The position numbers and the translations under genes were made by a program. A stretch of 64,000 bases of DNA from Spirochaetia bacterium. Lineage in GTDB: Bacteria > Spirochaetota > Spirochaetia > DSM-16054 > Sediminispirochaetaceae. The notes below the pieces were generated by a model. The model had not been told where the DNA came from and ran no database searches. It worked only from the letters and a program-made list of their open reading frames with translations. Below, in pieces: positions 41,970 to 53,925 of this stretch (position 1 is the stretch's first letter; each line of letters begins with the position of its first letter). The stretch is taken from NCBI GenBank assembly GCA_034520965.1, contig JAXHMY010000008.1, positions 1 to 64,000 of the forward strand, in the 5' to 3' direction.

Positions 41970-43534
41970 ATGGAAACCGAAAAGAAGCCTATTTTGGAGA
42001 TGCGCGGTATAACTAAGCGTTTTCCCGGAGTAGTCGCCAATGACCACGTAGACCTTGAACTCTTTCCCGGTGAAGTGTTGGCACTACTCGGAGAAAACGG
42101 GGCCGGCAAAAGCTCTCTCATGAACGTATTAGCCGGATTGTACCGCCCGGATGAAGGGGCCATTTTTATCCGGGGAGAGAAAGTACAAATTGATTCACCC
42201 CGTGATGCCATGAATCTGGGCGTCGGTATGGTGCACCAGAACTTTATGGTGGTTGATACCATGACGGTGGCGGAAAATATCATCCTCGGATTAAAAGAGG
42301 TTTCAATGATCCCGGATATGGGAAAAATAAGTGAACGTATTCGGGAGATTTCCTCACACTACAATCTGAAGGTGGATCCAGACGCCTATATCTGGCAGCT
42401 TGGAGTAGGCGAGCAGCAGCGGGTTGAAATTCTGAAGCAGATCTACCGGGGTGCAGAGATTCTTATTCTCGATGAGCCCACCGCCGTGCTTACCCCGCAA
42501 GAGTCGGAGGAACTTAACAATATACTCCGTCAGATGACAAGCGAAGGAAAAGCAGCCGTATTTATTACCCATAAAATGGAAGAGGTTATTGCCTTTTCCG
42601 ACTGGGTCCGTGTATTGCAGGGCGGAAAGTTGGTTACGGTAAAACGAACCGCTGAAACAAACCCGCAGGAGCTTGCCCGTCTGATGGTCGGCCGCGAAGT
42701 GTTGTTTAGAATAGACAAGACACCGGCAGAGCCGAAGGACGTCATTTTAGATGTAGAGAATGTAGAAGCCAACGACGAGAAGGGTATGCCGGCACTGAAG
42801 GGCTTTCCCTGCAGGTTCGGCAGGGTGAAATAGTGGGTATCGCCGGAGTCGCCGGAAACGGGCAGCGGGAGCTGACCGAAGTAATCACCGGGCTTCACCC
42901 TGTCTTGAACGGAAGTATTAAAATAAACGGAAAAGATATGACCAACCGCTCTCCCCTGGCCATTATCCGCTCGGGAGTAAGCCATATACCCTCGGATAGA
43001 ATCGCGATGGGAGTTGTCGGTGATATGAGTGTGGCCAATAACCTGGTGATGAAGGGTTACCGCCGTGCACCAATTACCCATGGAGGGTTGCTCGATCCGC
43101 GCCGGATCCTCGACTTTGCAAAACGAATGATTGATTCCTTTAAAATTGCAACTCCCACCCCTGCTACTCATGTAAAGTTTTTATCAGGGGGAAATATCCA
43201 AAAGACCATTTTGGCCCGCGAAATTGACTCCTGCGGCGGGGTACTGGTAGCTGCATATCCCTCCCGCGGTTTGGATGTGGGGGCAACCGAGGCGGTGCGG
43301 AACGAAATGGTGCGGCAGCGAGACAGGGGCAGCGGGGTGCTGCTGGTCTCGGAGGATCTGGATGAGCTTTTATCGGTGGCCGACAAAATTGTGGTAATGT
43401 TTGAGGGGCAGTCCATGGGCGAGCTTAATTCCGCCAATGCGGGTGTGGAGATGCTCGGATTGATGATGTCCGGGGTAAGCAAGAGCAAGGCTGAAAAAGA
43501 GTATTACGGGAGTGATCATGCAACTGGTGTTTGA
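41970..43534 (+). CDS. Nucleoside/sugar ABC ATP-binding protein (frameshift near 42810)
   Basis: GENGAGKS, LDEPTAVL, LSGGNIQK. Confidence 0.9.
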
Positions 43535-44618
43535 AAAACGAAAAGCTGTATCGCGTCGGGCTATAGTTCTGGTGCCGATACTCTCTTTTATAGTGTCTCT
43601 GATATTAACGGGTTTTTTACTGATGGCATTCAAGGCAAACCCCTTAAGAACATACATGGCTATGTTCATAGGCGCCTTCGGAAGCTGGAGCAATTTTACT
43701 GAAACCCTGGTGAAGGCAACTCCTCTCATGTTTACCGGCTTAGGTGTGACCATCGCATTCAAACTGCGGTTCTGGAACATCGGTGCTGAGGGGCAGCTTG
43801 TCTTTGGCGGCGTGGCTGCAGCTTGGGTTGCTCTTTTCTGGTCGCCCTTTTTGCCGGCCTGGTCACTGCTACCCATGGTTATGCTGGTCGGAATGATGGC
43901 CGGGGCCATGTGGGCCGGCATACCGGCGCTGCTGAAAACCCGCCTGAACGTAGATGAAACTTTAGTGACCCTCATGATGAACTATATTGCCATACTGTTT
44001 GCCGAAGGGCTCTATTACGGAGCATGGCGCGACCCTGAGGGCTATGGGTTTCCGGGTACGAAACTCTTTCCTGAGGCGGCCTGGCTGCCGCGGTTTTCCG
44101 GGCGTGCCCATGTGGGACTGTTTATAGCAATCGGTATAGGTCTGCTCTTGTGGGTGGCGATGAACCGTACTAAATGGGGCTTTGAGCTGAATATGATCGG
44201 AAAAAACCAGAAAGCCGCCCGCTGTCTTGGGGTGAATGTGAAGCGGAATATACTGGTAGCACTGCTTATCTCGGGGGCATTGTCCGGCCTGGCCGGAGTA
44301 AGTGAAGTTACCGCCATCTCCCACCGCCTTCAACAGGGATTGACGATGGGCTACGGATACACGGCAATTATTGTGGCCTGGCTTAGCCAGCTTAACCCGA
44401 TTGCCGGCCTGTTTGTAGCTATATTAATGGCGGGGCTGCTGGTAGGCGGCGACCAGGTACAGATGATGATGGGGCTGCCGGCTGCGATGGGGCTGGTACT
44501 GCAGGGAATGATACTATTTCCGATGCTCGCCGGTTCGCTGTTTACCGAATACCGCTTAAAGCGCATCGATCCTAGAAACAGTCGAGTAGCAGAGAGTAAC
44601 GAGGAGCTTTCCGTATGA
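43512..44618 (+). CDS. ABC transporter permease
   Basis: WNIGAEGQ; GYGYTAIIVAWL. Confidence 0.9.
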   Translation: MIMQLVFEKRKAVSRRAIVLVPILSFIVSLILTGFLLMAFKANPLRTYMAMFIGAFGSWSNFTETLVKATPLMFTGLGVTIAFKLRFWNIGAEGQLVFGGVAAAWVALFWSPFLPAWSLLPMVMLVGMMAGAMWAGIPALLKTRLNVDETLVTLMMNYIAILFAEGLYYGAWRDPEGYGFPGTKLFPEAAWLPRFSGRAHVGLFIAIGIGLLLWVAMNRTKWGFELNMIGKNQKAARCLGVNVKRNILVALLISGALSGLAGVSEVTAISHRLQQGLTMGYGYTAIIVAWLSQLNPIAGLFVAILMAGLLVGGDQVQMMMGLPAAMGLVLQGMILFPMLAGSLFTEYRLKRIDPRNSRVAESNEELSV

Positions 44619-45568
44619 TACCACTTATTACTTCAATTATTGCGATAACCTTGAGTGCGGGTACTTCACTGGTCTATGCCACCATCGGCGAAATTTATAC
44701 CGAGCGGTCCGGGATTCTTAACCTTGGTATTGAGGGTATGATGCTCATGAGTGCCGTGACCGCCTTTGCCACCGCCTTTCATACCGGAAGTCTGCTGTTG
44801 GCGGTACTGATGGCGATGCTGGTAGGAATGTTGCTGGCTCTGATTCACGCCTTTCTGTCGATTACCATGCACGCGAATCAAGTTGTCAGCGGTTTAAGCA
44901 TTACCCTGTTCGGTACCGGATTAGCCAGCTTCCTCGGGCAGCGTTTAGGCCCGGAGAGCAATGGATTTAATTTGAGCGGTATGAGTGCGGTTAAGTTTAC
45001 CCGTTTGCAGGTTGAAGGGCTGGGAGACATTCCTCTGTTGGGAGCGGTTTTTAACCAGGATCCGCTTACCTATATCGTGTACTTGCTTATACCGGTGGCC
45101 TGGTACTTTATGTATAAAACCAAATTCGGCCTTAATCTGCGTTCGGTGGGTGAGAACCCGCAGACGGCGGACGCCATGGGGCTGAATGTGACGAAAATTC
45201 GCTATCTTTATACCATCTTTGGTGGTATGCTGGTAGGAATCGGGGGGGCACACCTGTCACTTGCTTATACCCCCGGATGGTCGGAAAACATTACCGGCGG
45301 GCGCGGCTGGATCGTAATCGCACTGGTAATCTTTTCCATGTGGAATCCTTCCAGGGCTATACTGGGAGCGATTCTGTTTGGTGGAATAAATGCGGTGCAG
45401 TTCAGGCTGCAGGCCTCGGGAACCGATATCCCCTCTGCATACCTGAATATGGCCCCCTACGTAGCTACCATCTTGGTCTTGGTGTTGGTAACTGTGTGGG
45501 AATCCCACAACCGGAAGGTTGGACCTCCCGCTGCGCTGGGCACTTCGTACATGCGCGAAGACAAATAG
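44615..45568 (+). CDS. ABC transporter permease
   Basis: ERSGILNLGIEG; GRGWIVIALVIF. Confidence 0.9.
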   Translation: MIPLITSIIAITLSAGTSLVYATIGEIYTERSGILNLGIEGMMLMSAVTAFATAFHTGSLLLAVLMAMLVGMLLALIHAFLSITMHANQVVSGLSITLFGTGLASFLGQRLGPESNGFNLSGMSAVKFTRLQVEGLGDIPLLGAVFNQDPLTYIVYLLIPVAWYFMYKTKFGLNLRSVGENPQTADAMGLNVTKIRYLYTIFGGMLVGIGGAHLSLAYTPGWSENITGGRGWIVIALVIFSMWNPSRAILGAILFGGINAVQFRLQASGTDIPSAYLNMAPYVATILVLVLVTVWESHNRKVGPPAALGTSYMREDK

Positions 45569-45625
45569 GCGAGGGGTTCACCCCAAAAGGAGGCACAGGT
45601 CTTCGCTTTTGCGAAGACCTGTTTT

Positions 45626-46745
45626 TTATAAGTGTCGAATATAGCAGCGCCGCCGTTTGTTAAGGCGGGTTTCAAAATTTTTCATAATCGTAATGATGTT
45701 TGAATTATCTTCCAGCTCGCCGCAGGTTTGTACATACTCTATGCCGTAGTCTATACACTCCCGATAAAGTTCCGAAAGGAGAATTGCATTCAGTCCTCGG
45801 TTTTGGTAATCAGGGCGTGCACCAATCAGGTAAAATACCAATTCCTCCGGCTTTTTAAGGGTTTTGAGCAAATGCAGAAAACCGAATGGAAACAGCCGGC
45901 CGCCGGATTTTTGCAGAGGCTTCGTAAGGCGCGGCAGGGCAATTGCAAAACCCACCACCTCGTCGTTTTGATTGCTTAAGAGTTTTATGAAATCGGGATT
46001 TGTAAAAGTTAAATACTGTTTTATATAGCTCGTCCACTTGTGCGTCGGTAAGCTCTACCACCCCGTATAAGTCTGCGTAAGAGGCATTCAGGGCATCGAA
46101 GATCCCCTTCCCATAGGGCAGTGCGTCTTTCATACGATCAAAATGCAGCAGCTTAAGCTTATTCCGTTCTAACACCAGGTCTTTCATCCGGGTAAACTTT
46201 TCCCCTATCTGTTCCGGCACCTTAATTTCAAACTGCAGCCAGTCGACATCCTTTCTATACCCAAGCTGTTCTATAAGAGTCGGATAATAGGCATGGTTAT
46301 AAATCATCGGAAGCGTCCCCCGCTCTTTGAAGCCCTCAACCAATAATCCCTCTTTATCGAAATCGGTAAAACCCAAGGGCCCATGAACGGCTTCCAGCCC
46401 CTGCTCTCCGGCCCATGTCTCTACAGCTTCAAACAGGGCTTGGACTACATCCTGACGATTGACCGTATCGAACCAACCAAAACGCAGATATTTTTGCTTC
46501 CACTTTGCAATAAATTTATCATTGCGAATAGCTGCAATTCTGCCTAGCACTTGCCCATCCTCATAGGCGAGCCAATAGCGAGCTTCGCAGTGCTCAAAAG
46601 AGGGATTTTTGTGTTTCGAGAGGGTGTTTATCTCGTCAAAAAAAAGCGGTGGAACCCAATAGGGGTTATCTCTATAAAGAGAATAGGGGAATTTTACAAA
46701 AGTTTTAAGGTCACGGCGGCTTACAACCTCTTTCAGCTTTACCAT
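45626..46745 (-). CDS. GNAT-family protein similar to bacterial ceramide synthase bCerS/YghO (frameshift near 46000)
   Basis: FVKFPYSLY...WVPPL..DE...KNP...GRIAAI...RFGWFD...GPLGFTDFDKEGLLVEGF...YNHAYY; C-terminus YQNRGLN...ELEDN. Confidence 0.75.
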
Positions 46746-47011
46746 AGAACGTTTACCTACTTGCAGTGCACATATGCAGAATCATTAAGTCCGTAATAGT
46801 ATGCAATGGAACCTGGTGGAGTGTCTATCTTTTTTTTATAAATAAATATACATGAACAGGCCACAAAGCTGTATAAATTTCCATAATCATTATCCTGCTT
46901 ATTGACCAAATAGTGCTAAAAGGGTAATTTTTTGCATAGAGTACAAGGTGTGGTAGTCCCTTCAGCGGACCTTCTACCTGCTCTGAATAAATTTTAAGGA
47001 AGGACAAATTA

Positions 47012-47829
47012 ATGACATTTCGAAGAAGCTTTCGCATTGCAGTGTATAGTATCGCTCTACTTCTGTTGACCACGGGAGTCTGGGCCGGAGGATCTCAGGA
47101 ATCGGACCAGACCACTTTAGCTAAAATCCAAGAGCAAGGCAGTTTTGTACTTGGTCTTGACGACAGTTTTCCTCCCATGGGCTTTCGCGGAGAGTCGGGT
47201 GACATTGTTGGATTTGATATTGATCTGGGTCGTGAAGTAGCCAAGCGGATGGGGGTAGAGCTCGAATTGCGCCCGGTTGACTGGGACGGGGTTATTCTTA
47301 GCCTGAACAAGGGCGATATCGATATGATCTGGAACGGTATGACTATTACCGAGAGCCGACAGGAGAAAATCGATTTTTCTAACCCCTATCTGGCGAACCG
47401 GCAAATCATAATAGTTGCGGACGATTCAAATTTGACTTCGAAAGCGGACCTCGCCGGCAAAACCGTAGGAGTTCAGATGGGCAGCAGCAGTGAAGAAGCT
47501 ATTAGCGGTGAACCCGAGGTGAGAGAAAGCTTCAAGGAGCTGACAAAAAGTATGCAGATAACGTAGTGGCTCTGCTGGACCTCAAGGCCGGACGCACCGA
47601 TGCGGTTGTGGTGGACGAAATTATGGGCCGTTACTACATCGGCAAAAGGCCCGGTGAGTACAAGGTGCTGAACGAAGACTTTGGGCGTGAAGAATACGGA
47701 ATCGGCTTCCGTCAAGAGGATGATGCCTTTCGCAAGAAAGTGGATGCAATTTTAAAAGAAATGAATGAAGATGGAACCACCGCTGAAATATCAAAAAAGT
47801 GGTTTGGCGAAGACATCGTTCTAAAATAA
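47012..47829 (+). CDS. Polar amino-acid ABC substrate-binding protein (frameshift near 47545)
   Basis: GLDDSFPPMGF, GFDIDL, IWNGMTIT. Confidence 0.9.
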
Positions 47830-47849
47830 GCTTCAAAAAGGAAAACTGA

Positions 47850-48491
47850 TTGGATTATATCCTCTCAATAACGGGCCACATCCTTGAGGGATGTGGCCTT
47901 ACTCTACAAATTTATTTTGTTACAATAATTGGAGCAGTTCCTTTAGCCATCCTGTTTGCTCTTGGCCGGACATCCGGCCCTAAAGCGCTGGATAGAGCCC
48001 TGGGAATCTACGCCTGGATCTTCAGAGGCACTCCTCTGCTGCTCCAGTTGTTCTTCTTTTATTATGGTTTAACCATCTTTGGTATTTCACTACCCCCCTT
48101 CGGAGCTGCTGCACTGACATTTATACTTAATTATGCCGCCTACATGATGGAAATTTTTCGCTCCGGTATTCAATCCATCGATAAGGGGCAGTATGAAGCC
48201 GCCCATGCACTTAATTTGAGTTACTGGCAGACTATGCGGCGTATTATTCTGCCCCAGGCACTCAAGAGAACCCTGCCCCCATCGGCCAACGAGGCGATTA
48301 CTCTGGTAAAAGACACCGCCCTGGTGGTGGTAATTGGAATGGGTGAGATGCTGCGTTCGGCAAAAGAGATTTTTACCCGAGATTTCAGCATTACCCCCTT
48401 TGTAATAGCTGCTATTTTTTATCTACTGCTGACTAGCGTTGTTATCAATGTGTTTCGGACATTGGAGAAAAAGCTGGAGGTGTACGACTAA
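47850..48491 (+). CDS. Polar amino-acid ABC permease
   Basis: [21 protein letters not shown]. Confidence 0.92.
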   Translation: MDYILSITGHILEGCGLTLQIYFVTIIGAVPLAILFALGRTSGPKALDRALGIYAWIFRGTPLLLQLFFFYYGLTIFGISLPPFGAAALTFILNYAAYMMEIFRSGIQSIDKGQYEAAHALNLSYWQTMRRIILPQALKRTLPPSANEAITLVKDTALVVVIGMGEMLRSAKEIFTRDFSITPFVIAAIFYLLLTSVVINVFRTLEKKLEVYD

Positions 48492-49249
48492 TGGTAATAG
48501 TGAAGCTAAGCAATGTTCACAAATATTTCGGAGATATTAAAGCGGTGGATGGGGTAGATCTCGAAGTGAAGGCCGGTGAGGTTGTTTCAATAATCGGTCC
48601 CTCCGGTTCAGGAAAAAGCACCCTCCTGCGCTGTATCAATCAGCTCGAGTCGGTAGACTATGGGCGGGTAGAGATTGAAGGGCAAGCCGTAGTCGAAGTG
48701 GATAGCAGCGGAAAGCGCAGTCACCTGGATAAAAGTGAAGTTCTGAAGGCCCAGAAGAAGCTGGGAATGGTATTCCAGCACTTCAACCTCTTTCCTCATA
48801 AGACGGTTTTGGAGAATATTATCGAAGCCCCAATGCTGGTTAATAAGGAGCCGCGGAAAAGCGCTGTCGAGCGGGCGGAGAAACTGCTGAAGCAAGTGGG
48901 CTTGGCGGATAAGCACAACGCCTATCCCTCCCAGATTTCCGGCGGTCAAAAACAGCGGGTTGCAATAGCTCGGACTCTGGGAATGGAGCCGGATATACTG
49001 CTCTGCGATGAACCTACCTCAGCCCTCGATCCTGAGCTGGTGGGAGAGGTTTTAGCGGTACTGCGGGACCTTGCCAAGGCGAACATGACCATGCTGGTGG
49101 TAACCCATGAGATGGCCTTTGCCCGTGAAATATCCAACCGGGTGATTTTCATGGACCAAGGAAAGGTGTTGGAAGACGGAAGCCCTGAGAAGATATTCAA
49201 GACCCCCGAGCACCCCCGTATCCGAGATTTCATCAGTAGGATGATCTGA
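48491..49249 (+). CDS. Polar amino-acid ABC ATP-binding protein
   Basis: [25 protein letters not shown]. Confidence 0.93.
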   Translation: MVIVKLSNVHKYFGDIKAVDGVDLEVKAGEVVSIIGPSGSGKSTLLRCINQLESVDYGRVEIEGQAVVEVDSSGKRSHLDKSEVLKAQKKLGMVFQHFNLFPHKTVLENIIEAPMLVNKEPRKSAVERAEKLLKQVGLADKHNAYPSQISGGQKQRVAIARTLGMEPDILLCDEPTSALDPELVGEVLAVLRDLAKANMTMLVVTHEMAFAREISNRVIFMDQGKVLEDGSPEKIFKTPEHPRIRDFISRMI

Positions 49250-50528
49250 TTAATGGTTCAAACCATGGGGAATTGAAGCAGGGAGTCGAATTACCCCCTC
49301 TATTAGAGTGTACCCACACTTTATTTTAGAGGAGGCCTGCCAATGCTTATCCCCCCATTTTGTCCCCATTCCGAATGTGAATATCACACCCAGCCACCTG
49401 ACCACGGGCGCTGGTACTACACCAATGGCAGCTACGAGACCCTGGCCCATGGCTCGGTCACCCGATTCAAATGCCTCGGATGCGGAGGAGGCTTTAGCGA
49501 GCAAACCTTCCGCCTGGACTACTATGTAAAGAGAAAGCTCGACTATCAGGTTATTTTCGATCACCTGACCAATTGCGGAGGAGTGCGTAAAACCGCCCGT
49601 ATAATGGAGGTCAGCCACCAAGCGATCATCAACCGCTTAGGCCGCCTCGCCCGCCAGGCCATCGCGCTGCAGGCCGATGTCCTCCAGGACTATGTTCCCT
49701 GCGAGGACCTGGTCACCGACGGGTTCGAGAGCTTTGTCAGCGATCAGTATCCAGCCGAATAACATTCACATCCTGGCCGGCAAGCGTTCACAGTTCTTTA
49801 TCACCTTCGACTATGCCCATTTGCGGCGCAAGGGAAAGATGACCGAGCTGCAGAAGGACGAGCGTGACCAGCGGGAGAGGCACTACATCCGCAAGAGGAT
49901 ATCCATCAGTCAGTCCTTCCTGCAGATTGTCGATCTGATCGAGCAATACGCACAGAAGCGGCGGTTTACCTGCCTCTACAGCGATGAGAAGCTTAGAGTA
50001 TCAAAGATTGGTCATGGGTTCGGATGTGCTCCAGAGCCTAAAAAGCGAGGGGAGGTTTGAGCATGTGAGAATCTCCTCCCTTTTGGCGCGCACCATCGAC
50101 AATCCACTTTTTTCTGTCAACTATCTGGACAGGCAATTCAGGAAGGATAATGCCAATCATGTGCGCGAGACGGTGCGCTTCTCCCAGAATGTGAATAACT
50201 GCCTTGAGCGCATGGCCGTCTACCAGCTGTATCAAAACTATTTTAAGCCCTTTCGCATCGGAGATCCATTTCTTCAGAACTTCTCCCATGCCGAGGTGGC
50301 CGGTGTGCCACGGGGTAAAATCGCAAGAGGGCTGCGGGGCATCTTTACCATGCGCAAGTTCTACACGCATGTAAAGCTCAACTGGTCGCAGCTGATGGTG
50401 TGGGCACGGATGACCGGAACCCTGGATAAGTTCGACGGGATGTACTGGCCCAAATATGTGTGGATGTAACCTCCCTTACTCGCAGCCGGCGTGTGGAAAT
50501 TCGCATCCCCCATGGTTTGAACCATTAA
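49250..50528 (+). mobile_element. Insertion sequence, IS1-like
   Basis: 21-bp perfect inverted repeats TTAATGGTTCAAACCATGGGG at 49250-49270 and 50508-50528; outer TTAA or TA may be the target duplication. Confidence 0.85.
49343..50469 (+). CDS. Transposase (zinc ribbon, HTH, DDE-like), frameshifted
   Basis: FCPHSEC...RFKCLGC; GVRKTARIM; DGFESF; YSDEK; ORFs 49343-49762, 49677-50060, 49984-50469. Confidence 0.75.
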
Positions 50529-50628
50529 ACAATCTTTACTAAAATTCTCGATAATTACTTGCCTCTGCTTAGGTGAGATTACTATATTTCATAGAGACAG
50601 TAAGTTCTTATATGAAAAGGAGTCTAAA

Positions 50629-51177
50629 ATGATAACGAAGAAGATGGAAGCTGCCCTGAACGAGCAGATTAACAAGGAAATGTATTCCGCCTACCTGTAT
50701 ATGGCGATGTCCGCCGATGCCACCGAGAAAGGTTTGGACGGCTTTGCCCGCTGGTTTATGGTGCAGTACCACGAAGAAATGTTTCATGCAATGAAGTTCT
50801 ACCAGTATATAGTCGCTCAAGATGGCAAGGTTGTCCTGAAGGGAATTAAGGAACCGCCCGCCACTTTTTCAGGTATCCAGGAGATGTTTGAGAGTACCCT
50901 GGAACATGAACAGTTTATCACTAAAAGCATCAATGAGTTGGTCGACCTGGCTATCGCGGAGAAAGACCACGCCACTCACCACTTTTTGAACTGGTATGTG
51001 GAAGAGCAGGTTGAGGAAGAGAAAAACGACCACGACATTCTGGCAAAACTGGCAATGCTTTCCGATTCCAAAAAGGGACCCGGAATTTATATGTTGGATA
51101 AGGAGATAGGATCTCGAGCTCTTACAATACCTTCAGACTTTAGCGTTGAAGGCTTTGCAGAGGGCGTAGAGTCCTAG
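50629..51177 (+). CDS. ftnA: Non-heme ferritin
   Basis: LNEQINKEMYSAYLY; EEMFHAMK; EQVEEE. Confidence 0.95.
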   Translation: MITKKMEAALNEQINKEMYSAYLYMAMSADATEKGLDGFARWFMVQYHEEMFHAMKFYQYIVAQDGKVVLKGIKEPPATFSGIQEMFESTLEHEQFITKSINELVDLAIAEKDHATHHFLNWYVEEQVEEEKNDHDILAKLAMLSDSKKGPGIYMLDKEIGSRALTIPSDFSVEGFAEGVES

Positions 51178-52856
51178 GAATCTTTTTGACAAATATAACC
51201 CCGCCGTACACCGCGGCGGGGTTTTTTCAGGCTCCCCGCCGCCTCAAGACACTTCACCGCCGCTTTTACCTCATCCTTTGACCACTCCCGCATGCTTCCG
51301 AAACCGAAAAAATGCCTGTATCCCCGCCGCAGCTCGCCGATAGAGTTTTCTCCGCACAGAATTTCGGCTGCCTCACCGCAGTTGAACCGCCGCGGATATA
51401 CATGAAAGAAGTTGAGGATCTCCCGAAAGCCCATCGGCTCCGTCGGGCGGCTATGGAGGCAGGTATCACATCCGCTGCAAGCCGGAGCCGGACTTCCCAT
51501 GGCCGCCATCAATGCCTCCCGCACACATGCATGGCTATTACTCAAGGCTTCAAGCAGCCGGCTGTAACGCCTGTCGCTGCTTCCGGCCGCAGCTGCTGTA
51601 TCGTAGGCATCGTACAGCACCACGGAGTAGGCCGGTTTTGTATCACGTCCGCCCCGGCCGGATTCCTGCAGAAACGCCTCCACCGACCGGCTGACATTAA
51701 AGTGAATTACACTCCGTACATCTGCTTTATCTACCCCCATTCCGAAGGCATTTGTCGCTGTAAGGATTCCATCGTCGGAGTGGAAGAACCACTTTTGAAT
51801 GCGCTGTTTCTCCTCCCGCTCAAGCCCGGCGTGGTAAAAGAAGATCTCCCCAGAGCCCAGCGATCGGCGCAGCTGCATGGCACAGCGCTGAGCCTGCTTA
51901 CGGGTAGCACAGAAGACTATAGCCGGCCGGGGCAGGGCATAGCGGTACTCCGGGTCCAAAAGGCGGCGCAGGTCGTGCATTTTGCACAGGCTCTCGATTA
52001 CATGATAGCTGATATTCGGCCGGTCGGGATTGGCCCGGATAACGTGCAGGGGCAACGCATCCACGGTTTCCTTCGGATCAGAGGCGGGGTGAGCAGCAGT
52101 TTCGGGCCCGGCAAAGAGGGCCTGTAAATCGGTCTCTATTTCCTCCGAGGCGGTAGCGGTAAAGGCACTGACTATGTGAGGACGGCAGGCTTGGATAATC
52201 TCGGGGACCCGCAGAAGGGACTCTCTGAACTGTACTCCCCAAGTGGGAATAGTGTGGGCCTCATCAAGCACCACATGGGCTACCGGGAGGGCGCGCAGAT
52301 GCTCGAGACTCCGGGGCTGGATCAAGGTCTCCGGGTTGGACAGCAGGAATTTTAGCTCCCTCCCCGCCGCCCTCCGCCAAATTTCCTCTTTTTCCTGGCG
52401 GTCCTGCCCTCCGGACAAAAGAGCGGCGGGGATTCCCTGCTCATCCAGACGGCGCAGCTGGTCGGCCATGAGGGAGAGAAGCGGAAATATGAGCAGGGTG
52501 ATATCGGCCAGCAAGACCCCGGGCAGCATAAAGCAGAGGCTTTTTCCGGCCCCCGTGGGCAGGACCACCAGTTGTTGGCGGGGAGGGCCGTCGGTAATCT
52601 CCTGCTCTTCTTGATCCCCCTGTTCCGGGAGTTCCTGTGCCTCAAAATAGCCGGCCGCCTCCAACACGTTACTGATAACCAGCCGCTGGTAGGGGAACAG
52701 GTAGGGAATGCCGAAGTGCTCCCGGGCGGCTTGGCTTACCGGGTCTTCCCACTCAAGGTTTTGTCTGCCTGCGGCGCGAGAATCTTGGTGTAAGGCTTTC
52801 ATACTTAGAGAGAGAAGAAAAATACAGCTGTGCTTCAGGTTCTGTACTTTTTTCAT
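51174..52856 (-). CDS. RecQ-family DNA helicase
   Basis: PTGAGKSLCF, DEAH, AFGMGVDK, QESGRGGRD, Cys zinc motif. Confidence 0.9.
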   Translation of the reverse strand: MKKVQNLKHSCIFLLSLSMKALHQDSRAAGRQNLEWEDPVSQAAREHFGIPYLFPYQRLVISNVLEAAGYFEAQELPEQGDQEEQEITDGPPRQQLVVLPTGAGKSLCFMLPGVLLADITLLIFPLLSLMADQLRRLDEQGIPAALLSGGQDRQEKEEIWRRAAGRELKFLLSNPETLIQPRSLEHLRALPVAHVVLDEAHTIPTWGVQFRESLLRVPEIIQACRPHIVSAFTATASEEIETDLQALFAGPETAAHPASDPKETVDALPLHVIRANPDRPNISYHVIESLCKMHDLRRLLDPEYRYALPRPAIVFCATRKQAQRCAMQLRRSLGSGEIFFYHAGLEREEKQRIQKWFFHSDDGILTATNAFGMGVDKADVRSVIHFNVSRSVEAFLQESGRGGRDTKPAYSVVLYDAYDTAAAAGSSDRRYSRLLEALSNSHACVREALMAAMGSPAPACSGCDTCLHSRPTEPMGFREILNFFHVYPRRFNCGEAAEILCGENSIGELRRGYRHFFGFGSMREWSKDEVKAAVKCLEAAGSLKKPRRGVRRGYICQKDS

Positions 52857-53037
52857 GCTAATCCGTAACCAATGACCGGTTACCGGGCTGACCTGGGGCT
52901 GACTCGATGGCGCTGCAGCACGGCGCAGGAGAACTGGGCTCTGCGCCCGGGGCTAATAGAAGTGCATTTTTTATAGGGTATTGACACAGCATTGCTAAGC
53001 CACTAGTCTACACAAGTTCTTAATAGGAGAGGCAGGG

Positions 53038-53883
53038 ATGTATAAGTTTGCATTTCACAACGCTTTAATCACCGGCGGGTCCAGTGGAATCGGTTTGGCA
53101 ACGGCGCAAAAATTGGTAGAGAGCGGGGTGAATGTAATGTTGGTAGCCCGGGATTATGAGCGGCTTGGGGCGGCCAAGAGGCGGTTAGAGGAACGTGCGG
53201 CCGAGGGAGCTGAGGTTTTAGTTGTGGCGGTGGATGTGTCCGACCGAAAAATGCTAGAAAATGTGCTGGCCCCGCTAATAATGAATGGCATCCCGCCGGA
53301 TTTAGTGGTAAACTGCGCAGGGATGGCGTATCCAAACTATTTTGAACAGATTGACTCCGAAATTTTCGATAAAACAGTGCAGATTAACTTAACGGGTACC
53401 TGGAATATCCTCAAATGCGTGGTTCCGACCATGGGGCCGGGGGGCCATATTGTGAATGTATCCTCGGTGGCCGGTTTGGTGGGTACCTTTGGGTACACCG
53501 CCTACAGTGCGAGCAAGTTTGCTGTAATTGGGCTGAGTGAGGCTCTGCGGAACGAGCTGTCCCAGAAGGGTATTGGCGTGTCGGTGCTGTGTCCGGCAGA
53601 TACGGATACCCCTCAACTGGAGTTTGAAAACCGTACCAAGCCGCCGGAAACCCGGGCTATTTCCGGGAATGCCGGCGTGATGAAGCCTGAACAGGTGGCC
53701 GAGGCACTGCTTGCGGGAGTGCGGAAGAAGAGATTCTTAATTGTTCCCGGTGCGCAGGCGAAGCTGGTGTACCTGGCAAAACGCTTGGTTCCGGGATTAT
53801 TATATAGAATAATGGATCGGGAAGCAAAGAAATCGTTAATAGTTTCGCATGCCGCTGTACGGCATGCGAAACGACGAAAATAG
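53038..53883 (+). CDS. KDSR-like SDR (putative 3-ketodihydrosphingosine reductase)
   Basis: TGGSSGIG; NCAGMA; YSASKFA; KDSR-type PxDTDTP..ENRTKP.ETR.IS...KPEQVA. Confidence 0.8.
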   Translation: MYKFAFHNALITGGSSGIGLATAQKLVESGVNVMLVARDYERLGAAKRRLEERAAEGAEVLVVAVDVSDRKMLENVLAPLIMNGIPPDLVVNCAGMAYPNYFEQIDSEIFDKTVQINLTGTWNILKCVVPTMGPGGHIVNVSSVAGLVGTFGYTAYSASKFAVIGLSEALRNELSQKGIGVSVLCPADTDTPQLEFENRTKPPETRAISGNAGVMKPEQVAEALLAGVRKKRFLIVPGAQAKLVYLAKRLVPGLLYRIMDREAKKSLIVSHAAVRHAKRRK

Positions 53884-53925
53884 CCGTATCCGGCTATTTT
53901 CTTAAAAGCATAGGAGTGGGTGCAT

